From Octopus vulgaris (Eukaryota), in the NCBI GenBank assembly GCA_951406725.2, contig OX597830.1, positions 45,012,001 through 45,076,000 of the forward strand: DNA of 64,000 bases. Direction: 5' to 3'. The position numbers and the translations under genes are program-made. The notes under the pieces are model-generated. The model worked only from the letters and a program-made list of their open reading frames with translations. It did not search any database and was not told the DNA's origin. Positions 42,701 to 51,327 of the stretch are shown in pieces; positions within the stretch are counted from its first letter, which is position 1, and every line of letters begins with the position of its first letter.

Positions 42701-45532
42701 GTTGTTTCTTGGTGGTTTTTTTGAGAGGCAGACTTTCTCCCAGTGGCCATTCTTCTGACACCTTTTGCAAGTGAGGTTTCTCGCCTGGCATAAATTGTTT
42801 TTATGGATGTCTCCACCGCACCAAAAGCATGCTGATTTAGTGGTTGTGAGATGGGGTGGTTGATCGATACCAGCTGAGCCTTGCAATAGGTTGCGAGTGT
42901 CTTCAATGGCCACCTCCATGGTTTGAGCAAGCTTATAGAGTGTTTCTAAGCTGTCGTTTGATTACTTGAGAAGCCTTTGTTTGATTGATGGTAATTGAAG
43001 TCCAGCTACAAAGGCATCACCAATTAGAATTTCTCAGGAACGGTCTGCCATTAGGGCTGGGATTTTACACTTCTTGACCAGCACCTGAAGGCTTGACATA
43101 AATTCTTCTATAGACACATTTTCCTTTTGTTTTCAAGTTCGTAGCTTACGGTGCATCATTATATTTGAACTTTTCTTTATGAACTTTGAGTCCAGGTGTT
43201 CTACTGTTACCTCGATGGTTTCGAATTCTTCCACGATGGGGTAGATCCTTGCTCTGCAAAGGACTAAGGGTACCTCCAATAATCTTCCTTAGTCAGGTCG
43301 CTTGGTAGGGTCCTCTCAAACACTTTAGCATCCATTTATAATAAAGTTTGGGAAAGACCTTGAATAAAATTTGTCATTAGCTAGTTCAAGGGAGGCTTTT
43401 ATTCAAACTTTATATCTGCTCAACGTCTAATCCGTTAATCACAGCTGTCCAACAATTAAGATGTATTGTTTCATATTAGGTGAAGACAGTATCCATCTAT
43501 CAACGTCATTCAACACTATGCCACATTCTTGTACTCAATACAAAATAAAATAACTATATTTTTATCTATTATTTACTATTGTGCAAAGGAATTAATGATA
43601 GAATTTTATAATTCATAACAAGCACGCGACATCTGATCCCTCGAAGCATGCAAGTCACTAAGGGGGTGCACTGAACAGCACTGCTCTCTTGGTGTACCCT
43701 CAGATTTACAGTGATACACTTATTTCAAAACTTCACTTTAGCATTATTACAAATTAATGCCCACTCAGAATATTCTGAAGCTGCCCCACGCACCAAAGTC
43801 TGACGACAGGCCTGCTTCCGGAGCTTAGTTTCTGCACACATTTCTGTCATTCAACAACACAACGCACTGCCTGGCCCAGGGATTGAAACCATGATCATAC
43901 AATCGGGATCAAAACCCTAATCACTAGGATACACCGCTAGAAAACATCCCATTTTCCGTAGCGGTGTCGTATGAAATTGTCACTCATAATTATAACCCTA
44001 GTATTGATCTATTGCATTTCAATCTATTTTAGATTTAGGGTTAGAGTTAGGGTTAGGGGTGGGGGAAGGGTATCTTTTTTTCTTCGCAAATGTAAATAAA
44101 CCCAATCTGTTTCTTAAACGAGGGACATATTCATACAGCACGGAATGTTTTCACCCCAAATGGAGGTCAGCGATTGGTTAAAATTGCCGAAATGCTTGAA
44201 ATTAAAGTGGAAATATGTTACAACATATAGAATTTTCTCAATAAAGCCAAGAAAAAAATGCTGTTTTATAAACACATTCTACCAGTATACGAAGTTTAAA
44301 AGTGTTTAGTTAACTAGAAATCGTGTTGACATGTGCCGTTCAAAAGGAAAAGATCCGTTAACACCCCCCAGGCTGGTTAATTTTTGTTTTTGTTCCCGGC
44401 TGAGGATCTTTATATTGACATAAATATTTATATTCTCTATATTGGTAGTATATTTACTGATCACTATCTGGAACGTTTACACCTTCCCGTAACTTTTAAA
44501 ACCAACATACAGTAATCATCGTTGAAATATTTACGATCAAAACTGCAAAAGCTAAATACAATGTTATGGATGAAAACAAACATTTTGTAACACCAATTAT
44601 ATATGAATATACTTCTATTACATTTCAATTTGCATCTAAGATAAAGAAGGGCGAGTCCTTAGCCCTTACCGTTAGCAGTGTTCGGTGGGAGGTGGTGGTT
44701 CACAGTAGTTTACAGTTTATAGGAATAAGAAGGTTTTATTTACATACTACTCCTGTTGTTGTTTATGAATGTAGCATATAATATTAGATAAATGTCTAGC
44801 ATGCAAGCGATTAAAGAACGAATATGTAGTGTGTCTCTTAATTTAATGTTTCTGAACGAATCGTTGTTGGCTTTAGTATTAGAATTTCGAGTACAGGAGA
44901 ACCTCGGTTTTCGAACCACTCTGATCACGAATAAATCGTGGGTGTGTGTGTGTGTGTGTGTACATATCTATAAAGTACGATTTATTCGTGATTAGAGGCG
45001 TTCGTAAACTGAGGTACTACTGTATCCAAATTTGTACAAGAAAACATCGTTGCATTGCTATTTAGTATTTACGAATTAATTCAATATAGGATCGCAATAA
45101 AAACAGACAACTCAGAGCTCCTGTTGAAACATTTGTTGTGTCCTGAGAAATGTTTGATGTCCAGTGGGCAGAAAGAGCGATGGTTTGGATGTCTGGAATT
45201 CTTGTAACCAGAATAAGAACTAGGAAGAGTGAAATTAAGACGTTCATAGGTTCTGTCAAGTGGAATAATCTACATTAAGTGAAGAAGGAAAAACTTGCAA
45301 CATAGCTACGACGATTAAAGTCCACTCACCTGACGTTGGGGACAGCTTTCAGTCGTTGTCGGGTCTCCGATGCCCGGACAACATGTAAATTGCCATCGTC
45401 ATACAGAATGACAAGGATGTGGTAGCGAGGACATAGCAGAATGTTTTTAATTCCATCCAGAGACAACTCATCTTGGAAAGCGCAGAGTTTGTATTCCAAA
45501 AAGTCGGCATCGCTTTCTCCATCGTCTGCCAT
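2373..45532 (-). CDS. SPG11: Spatacsin (SPG11) gene, first 16 coding exons; the gene continues beyond the left edge of the window
   Basis: The 16 exons join with compatible phases into 3406 nt with no stop. Diagnostic blocks: QEEFVDKVMTYGGARFTDELCQMNHWGRCSLPLRALELGLKYRQIDTV, IYEASLSNAAVVWNLKEPSVTDLIREGHVLAALATILYG, YPRLHDALFP..DITVYQLM and PFDPAWLYGWQNTN. These resemble vertebrate spatacsin as recalled (e.g. WGRCSIPIHALEAG, LLEGHTLLALATTMY, PFDPSRLFGWQSAN). Confidence 0.93.
2575..2711 (+). mobile_element. RTE-family 3' tail fragment with (GAT)n
   Basis: ...ccaacccatgccagtatggaaaacagatgttaagtgatgttgatgatgatg, the same tail as the other RTE copies. Confidence 0.7.
5105..6023 (+). mobile_element. 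5'-truncated RTE-clade LINE (ORF C-terminus, 3' UTR and (GAT)n tail)
   Basis: KFRKLLPLLVTKGLSLRVKG..MLHGSETWA..ERRLRWYGHV..GERPRKTW are RTE C-terminal motifs; tail gatgatgatgat. Confidence 0.88.
6802..6960 (-). CDS. SPG11: SPG11 exon 15 (159 nt, phase 0 to 0)
   Basis: TTTTCCAG acceptor; MTASSTVPDIFQGIDMNLLEDSLLHYPRLHDALFPTSVKKVCQYDITVYQLMK; donor GTAAGT. Confidence 0.92.
7980..9300 (+). mobile_element. Highly decayed RTE LINE (EN to RT region), resuming at about 10500-11105
   Basis: GDFNGHVG-like segment near 8058 and QFGFVP.GTTDA-like segment near 9220. It continues after the inverted RTE insertion. Confidence 0.65.
9310..10452 (-). mobile_element. 5'-truncated RTE LINE with repeat-expanded 3' UTR
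   Basis: FLYLGDQV..ARIRIALAKFRELLPLL..GRGRPRKTW on the minus strand; (CAT)n tail at 9310. Confidence 0.88.
11640..12185 (-). mobile_element. RTE LINE C-terminal fragment
   Basis: RIRISWAKFRELLPLLMTKGLSLRVKGRLY..SETWA. Confidence 0.85.
12400..14290 (+). mobile_element. Decayed CR1-like LINE reverse transcriptase region
   Basis: INYHPVSLTSCITKLMES, YLDFAKAFNSVP, SGVLQESFFGPLLFVVYIND..KYAD motifs with frameshifts. Confidence 0.8.
15200..15345 (-). CDS. SPG11: SPG11 exon 14 (146 nt, phase 1 to 0)
   Basis: GGCAG acceptor; DTSPIYEASLSNAAVVWNLKEPSVTDLIREGHVLAALATILYGNDLLTS; donor GTATGG. Confidence 0.92.
15875..16035 (-). mobile_element. tRNA-derived SINE, 5' part
   Basis: Minus strand GGAGGCGCAATGGCCCAGTGGTTAGGGCAGCGGACTCGCGGTCGTAGGATCGCGGTTTCGATTCCC with A/B boxes; nearly identical to the head at 51331. 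Confidence 0.85.
16276..16376 (-). CDS. SPG11: SPG11 exon 13 (101 nt, phase 2 to 1)
   Basis: TTTTCTTCTAG acceptor; KISPKQLSLQYFESNEDMWMKMFNSFYALSINPY; donor G|GTGAGT. Confidence 0.87.
17208..17420 (-). CDS. SPG11: SPG11 exon 12 (213 nt, phase 2 to 2)
   Basis: TTTCCTCAG acceptor; NGVLDPSLL...FHQDMIAYCTKNNFGYLLWKYCQIH; donor AA|GTATGC. Confidence 0.9.
18987..19206 (-). CDS. SPG11: SPG11 exon 11 (220 nt, phase 1 to 2)
   Basis: TTTCTAG acceptor (tandem TAGCAG); PPSVMWEYLVSHNRIDAALNW...LVQTLLA; donor GC|GTATGT. Confidence 0.88.
19296..20000 (-). mobile_element. CR1-like LINE 3' end with (TTA)n tail
   Basis: PHLEFASPVWNPYL..RATKRIP..HDFRKHFFT-like coding end; related to 13900-14290, 52485-52660 and 62278-62600. 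Confidence 0.8.
20519..21522. repeat. About 120-bp inverted repeat pair (old MITE or DNA transposon ends) enclosing an RTE tail insertion
   Basis: 20519-20640 is the reverse complement of 21394-21522 (atttctacagatattctatag...aaaaatgggtaatgag). Confidence 0.7.
20745..21273 (+). mobile_element. RTE 3' UTR and tail copy
   Basis: Internal repeats of about 55-60 bp, gtggttg.cattaggaagggcatccagc core and (GAT)n tail. Confidence 0.85.
22446..22537 (+). repeat. 21-bp minisatellite, about 4.4 copies
   Basis: AATYCAAATTTGATTGCAAAG repeated in tandem. Confidence 0.9.
22802..23019 (-). CDS. SPG11: SPG11 exon 10 (218 nt, phase 2 to 1)
   Basis: TTTCCTTACAG acceptor; ...SCGEVS...VQLDWLLSWSYDTRHLVILD; donor AAG|GTATCA. 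Confidence 0.85.
23099..23367 (-). mobile_element. RTE 3' tail copy
   Basis: (CAT)n tail at left; closely matches the reverse complement of 26760-27039. Confidence 0.85.
23369..24780 (+). mobile_element. Rearranged non-autonomous Helitron
   Basis: TC(T)TCTATATATATAAAA 5' end. Helicase C-terminus at 23480-23745. Rep motifs PDLFITFTCNPKWPEI (about 24102), LPHAHILLW (HUH, about 24304) and IKYVCKYIN (Y2, about 24702). Confidence 0.82.
24936..25129 (-). CDS. SPG11: SPG11 exon 9 (194 nt, phase 0 to 2)
   Basis: TTTTCCAG acceptor; GYKPVEKYWEFALYTNDCLLRD...; donor AA|GTAAGT. Confidence 0.9.
25251..25430 (-). CDS. SPG11: SPG11 exon 8 (180 nt, phase 0 to 0)
   Basis: TTTATTTCAG acceptor; DAIEDSIRKNTVPIVQYYL...FDEASLLISNL; donor GTAAGG. 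Not listed in the ORF track. Confidence 0.88.
26736..27039 (+). mobile_element. RTE 3' tail copy
   Basis: Core and (GAT)n tail ending about 76 nt from the exon 7 donor. Confidence 0.85.
27115..27551 (-). CDS. SPG11: SPG11 exon 7 (437 nt, phase 1 to 0)
   Basis: TTTTTCAG acceptor; ...EQQSLFFAQQLL...YIAKVRTYM...WSEMDVT; donor ACG|GTAAGA. Confidence 0.9.
27730..28240 (-). mobile_element. RTE 3' UTR and tail copy
   Basis: (CAT)n tail at left and ggatgcccttcctaatgccaaccact core. Confidence 0.8.
28304..28524 (+). mobile_element. piggyBac-type MITE (221 bp)
   Basis: TTAA TSDs; TIRs CCCTTTCGTTAC / CCCTTTTGTTAC; second copy at 35977-36196. Confidence 0.85.
28891..29041 (-). CDS. SPG11: SPG11 exon 6 (151 nt, phase 0 to 1)
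   Basis: TTTTTCAG acceptor; VMTYGGARFTDELCQMNHWGRCSLPLRALELGLKYRQIDTVTIFLQTRQN; donor GTGAGT. Confidence 0.93.
30305..30428 (-). CDS. SPG11: SPG11 exon 5 (124 nt, phase 2 to 0)
   Basis: TTCAG acceptor; FKKETGLLVLG...LHQEEFVDK; donor AAG|GTTTGT. Confidence 0.88.
30615..30829. mobile_element. Palindromic MITE-like element with about 80-bp arms
   Basis: 30615-30696 is an imperfect reverse complement of 30748-30829; TA-rich flanks. Confidence 0.7.
31080..31580 (+). mobile_element. RTE LINE N-terminal AP-endonuclease fragment
   Basis: RVGTVNVG..GRSSKIVEMLERRCVDVCCIQEV..GVGVGILLAEKWV. Confidence 0.8.
32135..32681 (-). CDS. SPG11: SPG11 exon 4 (547 nt, phase 1 to 2)
   Basis: YLYDSSDGVCYLQVDL...CDFTTGNVKLKR, similar to recalled human YIFDVVDGTYVAHVDL; donor CG|GTGAGT. 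Confidence 0.88.
32682..32703 (-). promoter_or_regulatory. U12-type branch point (TCCTTAAC) and 3' splice site
   Basis: TCCTTAAC at 32703-32696 with the branch A about 16 nt from CCAG| and only a short pyrimidine run in between. Confidence 0.85.
34100..34982 (+). mobile_element. Decayed RTE LINE 3' portion with (GAT)n tail
   Basis: EDMQRLERNEDSMLHWMGNVSV..ERRLCWFGHV; tail at 34968-34981. Confidence 0.78.
35977..36196 (-). mobile_element. piggyBac-type MITE, inverted relative to the 28304 copy
   Basis: TTAA TSDs at 35973-35976 and 36197-36200; CCCTTTC..AAAGGG termini; internal sequence is the reverse complement of the 28304 copy. Confidence 0.85.
36647..36656 (-). promoter_or_regulatory. U12-type 5' splice site (GTATCCTTT)
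   Basis: Exact match to the minor-spliceosome donor consensus, in a phase that fits exon 4. Confidence 0.85.
36657..36950 (-). CDS. SPG11: SPG11 exon 3 (294 nt, phase 1 to 1), ending at a U12 donor
   Basis: TTTTTAAACAG acceptor; open frame GLELFKSTAPYLLG...TTTTTT...DWPQHTL; donor T|GTATCCTTTT. Confidence 0.8.
37298..37449 (-). CDS. SPG11: SPG11 exon 2 (152 nt, phase 2 to 1)
   Basis: (CT)n tract then TAG acceptor; RSIHYDSNEHH...LVLCKE; donor AAG|GTAAGT. Confidence 0.85.
38430..39250 (+). mobile_element. RTE 3' UTR copy with internal duplications and (GAT)n tail
   Basis: Duplicated block (about 38496-38665 and 38671-38835), several aaaagcac repeats and the standard tail. Confidence 0.82.
40500..43542 (-). 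mobile_element. Decayed Ty3/gypsy LTR retrotransposon (Mag-like), truncated within integrase
   Basis: Gag with two CCHC knuckles (CFWCGGDIHKNNLC, CKRCQKNGHWEKVC), RT (LPFGCTNA..NLDDI), RNase H (ETDA..RPVAFYSRSL) and integrase (SDRGTQF..YRPQGNGQCER) in gypsy order. Candidate 81-bp LTR at 43462-43542. Confidence 0.9.
43790..43935 (-). mobile_element. Diverged tRNA-derived SINE head
   Basis: Minus strand tagtgattaggg..atcatggtttcaatccctggg resembles the 51331 SINE head. Confidence 0.5.
44035..44070 (+). repeat. Interstitial TTAGGG-like, G-quadruplex-forming tract
   Basis: TTAGGGTTAGAGTTAGGGTTAGGGGTGGGGGAAGGG. Confidence 0.7.
44894..45022. mobile_element. 129-bp pogo/Tigger-type MITE
   Basis: TA TSDs; about 46-bp TIRs (CAGGAGAACCTCGG..CACGAATAAATCGT / CAGTAGTACCTCAG..CACGAATAAATCGT) around a (GT)n core. 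Confidence 0.75.
45330..45532 (-). CDS. SPG11: SPG11 exon 1 (203 nt coding, exit phase 2)
   Basis: GCCAAG-ATG-G start; MADDGESDADFLEYKLCAFQ...PNV; donor CAG|GTGAGT. Confidence 0.8.
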
Positions 45533-45541
45533 CTTGGCTAT

Positions 45542-45551
45542 GTCACATGAC
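45542..45551. promoter_or_regulatory. CLEAR/M-box-like E-box (GTCACATGAC) next to the SPG11 start
   Basis: 9/10 match to CLEAR GTCACGTGAC; contains the MiT/TFE core TCATGTGA; 10 nt upstream of the ATG. Confidence 0.5.
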
Positions 45552-45758
45552 TACTGGCAGGGAGCGGTCTGTGGCGGAGAGAGGATTTATATGAGGGAGC
45601 AGTCTGTAATGGTTATTAGATTCAAGAAGCTGTCGTTAACTACAAAAAATAAGTTTTAAAAGTGCCTGTCATACAAACCCACTCACGCACATATACAGTT
45701 GTGTGTGTGTATTCTAAGAATTCTATTGACGCACGAATGGATCTATCTATCTGTCTGT

Positions 45759-45880
45759 CTATGTATGTATGTATGTATGTATGTATGTATGTATGTATGT
45801 ATGTATGTATGTATGTATGTATGTATGTATGTATGTTTGTATGTATGTATGTATGTATGTATGTATGTATGTATGTATGT
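45759..45880 (+). repeat. (TATG)n microsatellite upstream of SPG11
   Basis: About 30 TATG units, followed by an RTE tail remnant at 45881-46040. Confidence 0.95.
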
Positions 45881-46334
45881 CATCATCATCATCCTCATCA
45901 CCATATAACGTCTATTTTCCATACTAGCATGAATTTGACGGGTTGACAGGAGTTGGCGTGCCAGAGGACTGCAACAAATTCAGTTGTCTGTTTTGGCATG
46001 GTTCCTAAGGATGTATGCCCTTCATAACGCCAACCACTTTAGAAAGTGTTCCTGGTACCCCTCAATCAAGTGAGAAGCTCTATTCAGGTAGGTAACTTTG
46101 TGCCAGTTGGTGAGAGTTTAGAGTATGACCGAGGGACAGAAACAACTGCCTTGCTATAGAGGTTTTTCTGTTGGGAATGGGAGAGAGACAGATAGACAGT
46201 CAGAGAAGATAGTGGTGAAGATGTGTTGTGACATACCCACAAGGTACAAGGGGGCGAATATAAGTGAAGTGCTACAGAGGACTGGACAGGGTGAGTGTGC
46301 AGGAAGTTCCTGGGCAGTTTTATCACCAAATAAA

Positions 46335-48838
46335 TAATGTAGAAGAAACTATTGAAGATGAGAAGCCGAATGCAAAAGAAGCTAGAAAGTTCTGGAGTTA
46401 CAGTTGGAAAAAGCTAGTTGATTATACTGGTTACAGAAAGTAAGGGAAGAAGCAGTTAGTGAGAAGCAGTCAGATCTAAAACTAACTAGTGCAAATGCCA
46501 AATTGGAAGGATCTGGGATCAGATTTAGTTCAAGAGTACTGGTTAAAGAAATTTAGTAGTTTACATGGGAGGCTGCAGGAACAACTTCAGGATTGCTGAA
46601 AGGAAGAGTAGAGAGAAAACAGTTCTCCTTGTGGAAGATGAAAGCAAGGGCAATATAGCTAGTAATTATAGTAGATCAATCACTTGCTTACTATTCTGTG
46701 GAAACTATTCACAGTAATGCTCTCTGAAAGCATTTATGAGCACTGTGACAGCCAGGGTTTATTTTGAGAAGAATGGAAAAGTTGCAGGAAGAAGGCTAGA
46801 AGAATGTATGATCTACTACACATAGACAAAGCAGTCCTAAAGAAGTGAAATTTAGAAAGAAAAATTTAATAATAGCATGGATAGATTATAAGGAAGTCTA
46901 AACCTAATCCCACACTCATGGTTAAGCAAATGTTTGAGAATATTCAGAATAGCAGACAACATAAGTGAATTAATTAGCGATAGCATGAAGAAATGGAAAG
47001 CAGATCTCTACTCAAGCGATACAGCCTTAGGGAAAGTGAATATCAAGAGAAGAATTTTCCAAGGAGACTCATTATTCTCTTGAATATTTATGTTATGTTT
47101 ATTTTTATTCCCCCACAGTTTAGTATTAAGAAAGGCAAAGGAGGCAGGATATCAGTTTAAAGGAAAAATCAACAATTTGCTCTACATTGATTATCTGAAA
47201 CGTTTTAGTAAGAATATTAAAAAAAAACAGATAGATTTTTTGATACAAACTGCAAGGCTCTTCTGCAAATATATAGGTATGGAATTTGGCAGAGATAAGT
47301 GCACAGTAATACTCATAAGAAAAGGACAGGTAGTCAGTAGTGAAGGCATTCAATTACCAGATGGCCAGACATTAAAATCACTGAAAGGAGAAAGTTATAA
47401 GTATCTTTTAATATTAGAAACTGTCAGAGTACTAACTGTAGAAATGAATGTAGAAATTGAGGAGTACATTAGGTGGGTGAAGAAGTTAATAAAGTCGTAG
47501 CTGAATGGTCTGAATCTAACGAAGGTTGTAAACATCTGGGTACTATCGTTATTTAGATATTCAGCAGCTTTTCTGAATTAGCAAATCTAGACAGAAGGAC
47601 CAGATAGGAATTCAATATGAATAGAGGATTTCATCCAAGAGCAGGAGTAACAAGACTATATTTACATAGAAAAGCAGGTCTTACAGGTTTAATATCAGTA
47701 GAAGACTGTGTGGAGTTAGCTAGAGTAAATATATCATCCTATGTATGTAATAGTGAGGAAATTTTATTAAGAGCTGCTAGAGTAACAGTAGGAGATAGGG
47801 AAACCCAAAAGCCAAATGAGATTAAGAAACAGAAAAAAGAAGTAAGATTATCTGGTAGGAAAGAGATGGTTTTATATGACAGATTTCCAAAGAGAGTGGC
47901 AGAAAATAGTAATAGTGAGACATGGTTGTGGTTGCAGAAAGGATGGCTGAAAAGGCAGACAAAAAGTTCGTTAGTGGTAGCATAAAATCAAGCATTGAGG
48001 ACTAATTGGATAAAGTTGAAATAGACAAAAATTAGGTAGAGTTTCAATGTTGTTTGTTCGTTCCTTCTTAAGCCATGCCTAGCTCATAAGGGCCAGTTTC
48101 CTGATTTCATTAGCATATAGGTTCCCCACCTGGGCAGGATGCAGGTGAGCTGCTAGATGCAGGAGGAGAGAGTGAGAGAAACTTGTGGCAAAAGAGTTAG
48201 CAGAAGTTTACCATTACCTTCTGCTGGAGCTGTGTGGAGCTTAGGTAGTTCACTCATAAGCACACACACGGCCCGGTCTGAAATTCGAACCCGTGATCAC
48301 TCGACCATGAGTCCACTGCTCTAACCACTAGGCCATGTAGGTAATGTAAATCAAAAGAGGAGTGTTACTCATATAAGTTAGTAAATGTATTATGTAGGCA
48401 CAGAAAGAATACAAAAGACATGACAATCCAGGGGGAATAATCCATTGTGAATTATGTAGAAAACTAGTATTTCATCATGTTAAGTGATATGAACATGACC
48501 CTATTAGTGTTAGAAAATAAGAAATATAAGATGTGGAATTTTAACATTCAAACTGACAGAGTAATAAAAGCTAGAAGGTCTGATTTAGTAGCAGTAGACA
48601 AAGAAAATAGAAAGCACCAGGTAAATGGCTTTACAGTCCCAAATGATAAGAAAGTCAATATGAGAGTTATAGAGAAAATAGTATCAAAACCTAGCCATTG
48701 AATGACAGAAGTTATGGAAAGCGTAGGTAAAAATGTATCCCTGTAGTTATAGGTGCATTAGGAACTGTCCCTATATATTTGAACAGATTGATAGAAGAAA
48801 TAGTAGTTTTTGCTTAGTAGTAGTAGTAGTAGTAGTAG
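46335..48838 (+). mobile_element. Decayed R4/Dong-like non-LTR retrotransposon (RT plus restriction-like endonuclease)
   Basis: NLIIAWIDY..IPHSWL, RRIFQGDSL, INNLLYIDYLK, RLYLHRKAG..GL, QTDRVIKARRSDLVAVDK (RPD-type RLE) and VVIGALG; followed by (TAG)n. Confidence 0.82.
48055..48337 (-). mobile_element. tRNA-derived SINE inserted in the R4/Dong element
   Basis: Minus strand atggcctagtggttagagcagtggactcatggtcgagtgatcacgggttcgaatttcagaccggg. Confidence 0.75.
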
Positions 48839-49059
48839 GCATCTGTCAGTTTCGTGAGACTATGGATCTGGCCCTGAAGAAATTGTGTCAGCTGCTGACA
48901 CATGCTTTGTATGTCTATTATTTTCATATGACATTTTTTTGTTTGAATGAGAAAAAAGAAAAAGAGATTCTCATTAGTTTTGTGATGAAGTGAAGTTTTT
49001 CTCAATTTCAAAGCAGTGAGTTTAACTCAGTTTTTGTGTTTAAGTGCTTATTGTTTAAG

Positions 49060-51050
49060 ATTAACAATGTATGCAGACAGGGAAAGCCCCCAGCCCATCA
49101 GGAATCACTGCTGAGATGCTTAAAATATCAGGTGGTGTGGGTTATGGTCTAGCCATTTGTATGGTTAATCAGGTTGTACACGAGGGAGTCATACCCAATA
49201 ACTGGTGTAGCAGCACCATAGTCAACAGCTACAAAAGTAAAGGTGATGCCTTTAACAGAAATAATTAGAGAGGTAGCAAACTGTTGGAGAAGGTGATGAA
49301 AGTTACAGAGTGGTTCATGGCTCAACTAATTAGGAAGAGACATGGAGAAAACCTTTGACAGGGACCCAGCTCCCTTATTTAGTAGTCAATGTGGAAGCTA
49401 GTAATAGATGGGTGGTTGGTAAGAGCTGTCCAGGCCTTGTACCAGGATGCTGTCAGTAAGGTGAGGATTGGCAACAAGTATAGCAATGAATTCAGTGTAC
49501 AGGTAGGAGTTCACCAAGGATAGGTTTTCAGTCCCCTCTTGTTCATCACAGTCCTCCAGGCTATAACAGAGGTATTTAAGGCAGGCTGTCCTTGGGAATT
49601 CCTCAATACTGATGACCAGCTGAATCACTACTAGAACTAGAGAAGAAATTTCAGATGTAGAGGCCAGGTCTGGAGTCAGAGGACCTTAGAGTCAATTTGG
49701 CAAAGACCAAAGTCTCAGTAAGTAGGAAAACAGACAAATCACAAATCCTTTCAGGGAGATGGCCCTGTCTGATATGTAGAAAATTTGTTCAGATTCCGTT
49801 TAAAGATTATGGGATCCTTTTCCTCTTTGATCTGTTTCGGGACAACGTTAAATAATGCCTGTTGAGGAAAATAAATTCTGTTGCAGTGTATTTATGCGTT
49901 GTGATCCTGAATTGGGTAGGGGGATGTATGGCCTGTGGTCCTAGCCTTGGATGAATCTTGAAGCTAATGTTGAGGTCAGTTGGGCAATGCTGGCGTTACA
50001 TTCTCCACATCGTGCAAATGATGTACCCCTCGCGGCGGCGCAGGAGAGAGTAGAGTTTTTAAGTTTTAAGACAGTCCCAGTAATCGAGATCAGTCATGCC
50101 CTTAACTCGTTTAGTGAATGCCCTATGGTGTGATTCAATTTTCGAGATGTTTTGTTTTGTATGGGGAGACCACAGGAGGCAGCAGTATTCGAGGTGTGGC
50201 TGTGCAAAGGAGGAGAAAAGTAGTATGATGACACCTTGTTCTCTGGACCAGAAGGTTCTTAAGATCCAGAAGCTCATCCTACGAGCTATATCGGCCTTAT
50301 TTTTGATGTGGGACTCCGACTGAGATTGCTCTCAGCAATTACTCCTAGGTCTCTGATATTATTAGATGCTGGGAGTGGTTGCCCTGAAGGAAGACAGTAT
50401 GGCTCTTTTAGCATAGCCTTTTTCCAAAATGCATCAAATTTTCCATCGTTTAGTTGCATTTTGTTTTTGTCTGCCCATTGACACACCATATGTCAATTAG
50501 ACTGGAGTTGAGTTCGGTTTTCTTCTTCATTGATAATTTTCTGAAGCTTAGAGTCATAAGCAAATATTTTCATTTTGCGGTGTTTTATGATGCTGGAAAG
50601 GTCATTTATATGGATTATAAAGAGGAGCAGGCCCAATACAGTCCCCTGAGGGACACCACAGGTGACTTTTGCAAATAGGTACAATACATGCTAGAAATGT
50701 ACAGAAAATAGATGCCATCATATACCAGGGATAATACAGAGAAATAGTTGATAACTTCCATTACTTAGGTGACCAAGTCAGCATTGGAGGTAGGTGCTCT
50801 GAGAGCATAGCTGCTAGAATAAGAATAGGCTGGGCAAAGTTCAGAAAGCTTCTATCTTTGTTGGTAAGAAAAGGGCTTCTCCCTCAGAGTGAAATCCAGA
50901 CTGCATGATGCCTCTGTGCAAACAGCCATGCTACATGGCAGTGAAACACAGGCTGCGACTGCAAGGGATATGTGAAAGTATGAAAGAAATGAAATTAGCA
51001 TGCTGCACTGAATGTGCAATGTCAGTGTGCACATATGACAATGTGTAAAT
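49060..51050 (+). mobile_element. Decayed RTE LINE interrupted by a CR1-like fragment
   Basis: MQTGKAPSPSGITAEMLK..GVHQG..SPLLF (49071-49785), resuming with FHYLGDQV..RIRIGWAKFRKL (about 50750-51050). Confidence 0.8.
49790..50670 (-). mobile_element. CR1/L2-group LINE RT fragment
   Basis: VTCGVPQGTVLGLLLFIIHINDL..FAYDSKL, IRDLGVI, PHLEYCCLLWSPH. Confidence 0.8.
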
Positions 51051-51052
51051 GC

Positions 51053-51225
51053 TCTGAGTTCAAATTCCGCTGAGGTCAACTTTGCCTTTCATCCTTTCGG
51101 GGGTCGATAAATTAAGTACCAGTTACACACTGGGGTCGATGTAATCGACTTAATCCTTTTCTCTGTCCTTGTTTGTCCCCTCTATGTTTAGCCCCTTGTG
51201 GGCAATAAAAAAATAAGAAATAAGA
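51053..51225 (+). mobile_element. 5'-truncated Meta-domain-like SINE
   Basis: Matches 56767-56926 (gcctttcatcctttcggggtcgataaattaagtacc core and tail). Confidence 0.82.
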
Positions 51226-51327
51226 AACGTGAAAAACAGATGGTAAATGATAAAGAAGAAGAAGGAGGAGGAGGAGGAGGAGATGATGATGATACCTGCC
51301 ACTTTACCTTATGCTTCAGGATAAAGT

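Noticed and set aside
45062-45269. In-phase open frame after a GTAG 60 nt into intron 1, as a possible extra exon
   Set aside because: No convincing donor before the stop; exon 1 joins exon 2 in phase without it.
45662-45946. ORFs with MYVC/CMYV repeats (similar ORFs at 14267 and 30155)
   Set aside because: Translations of microsatellites.
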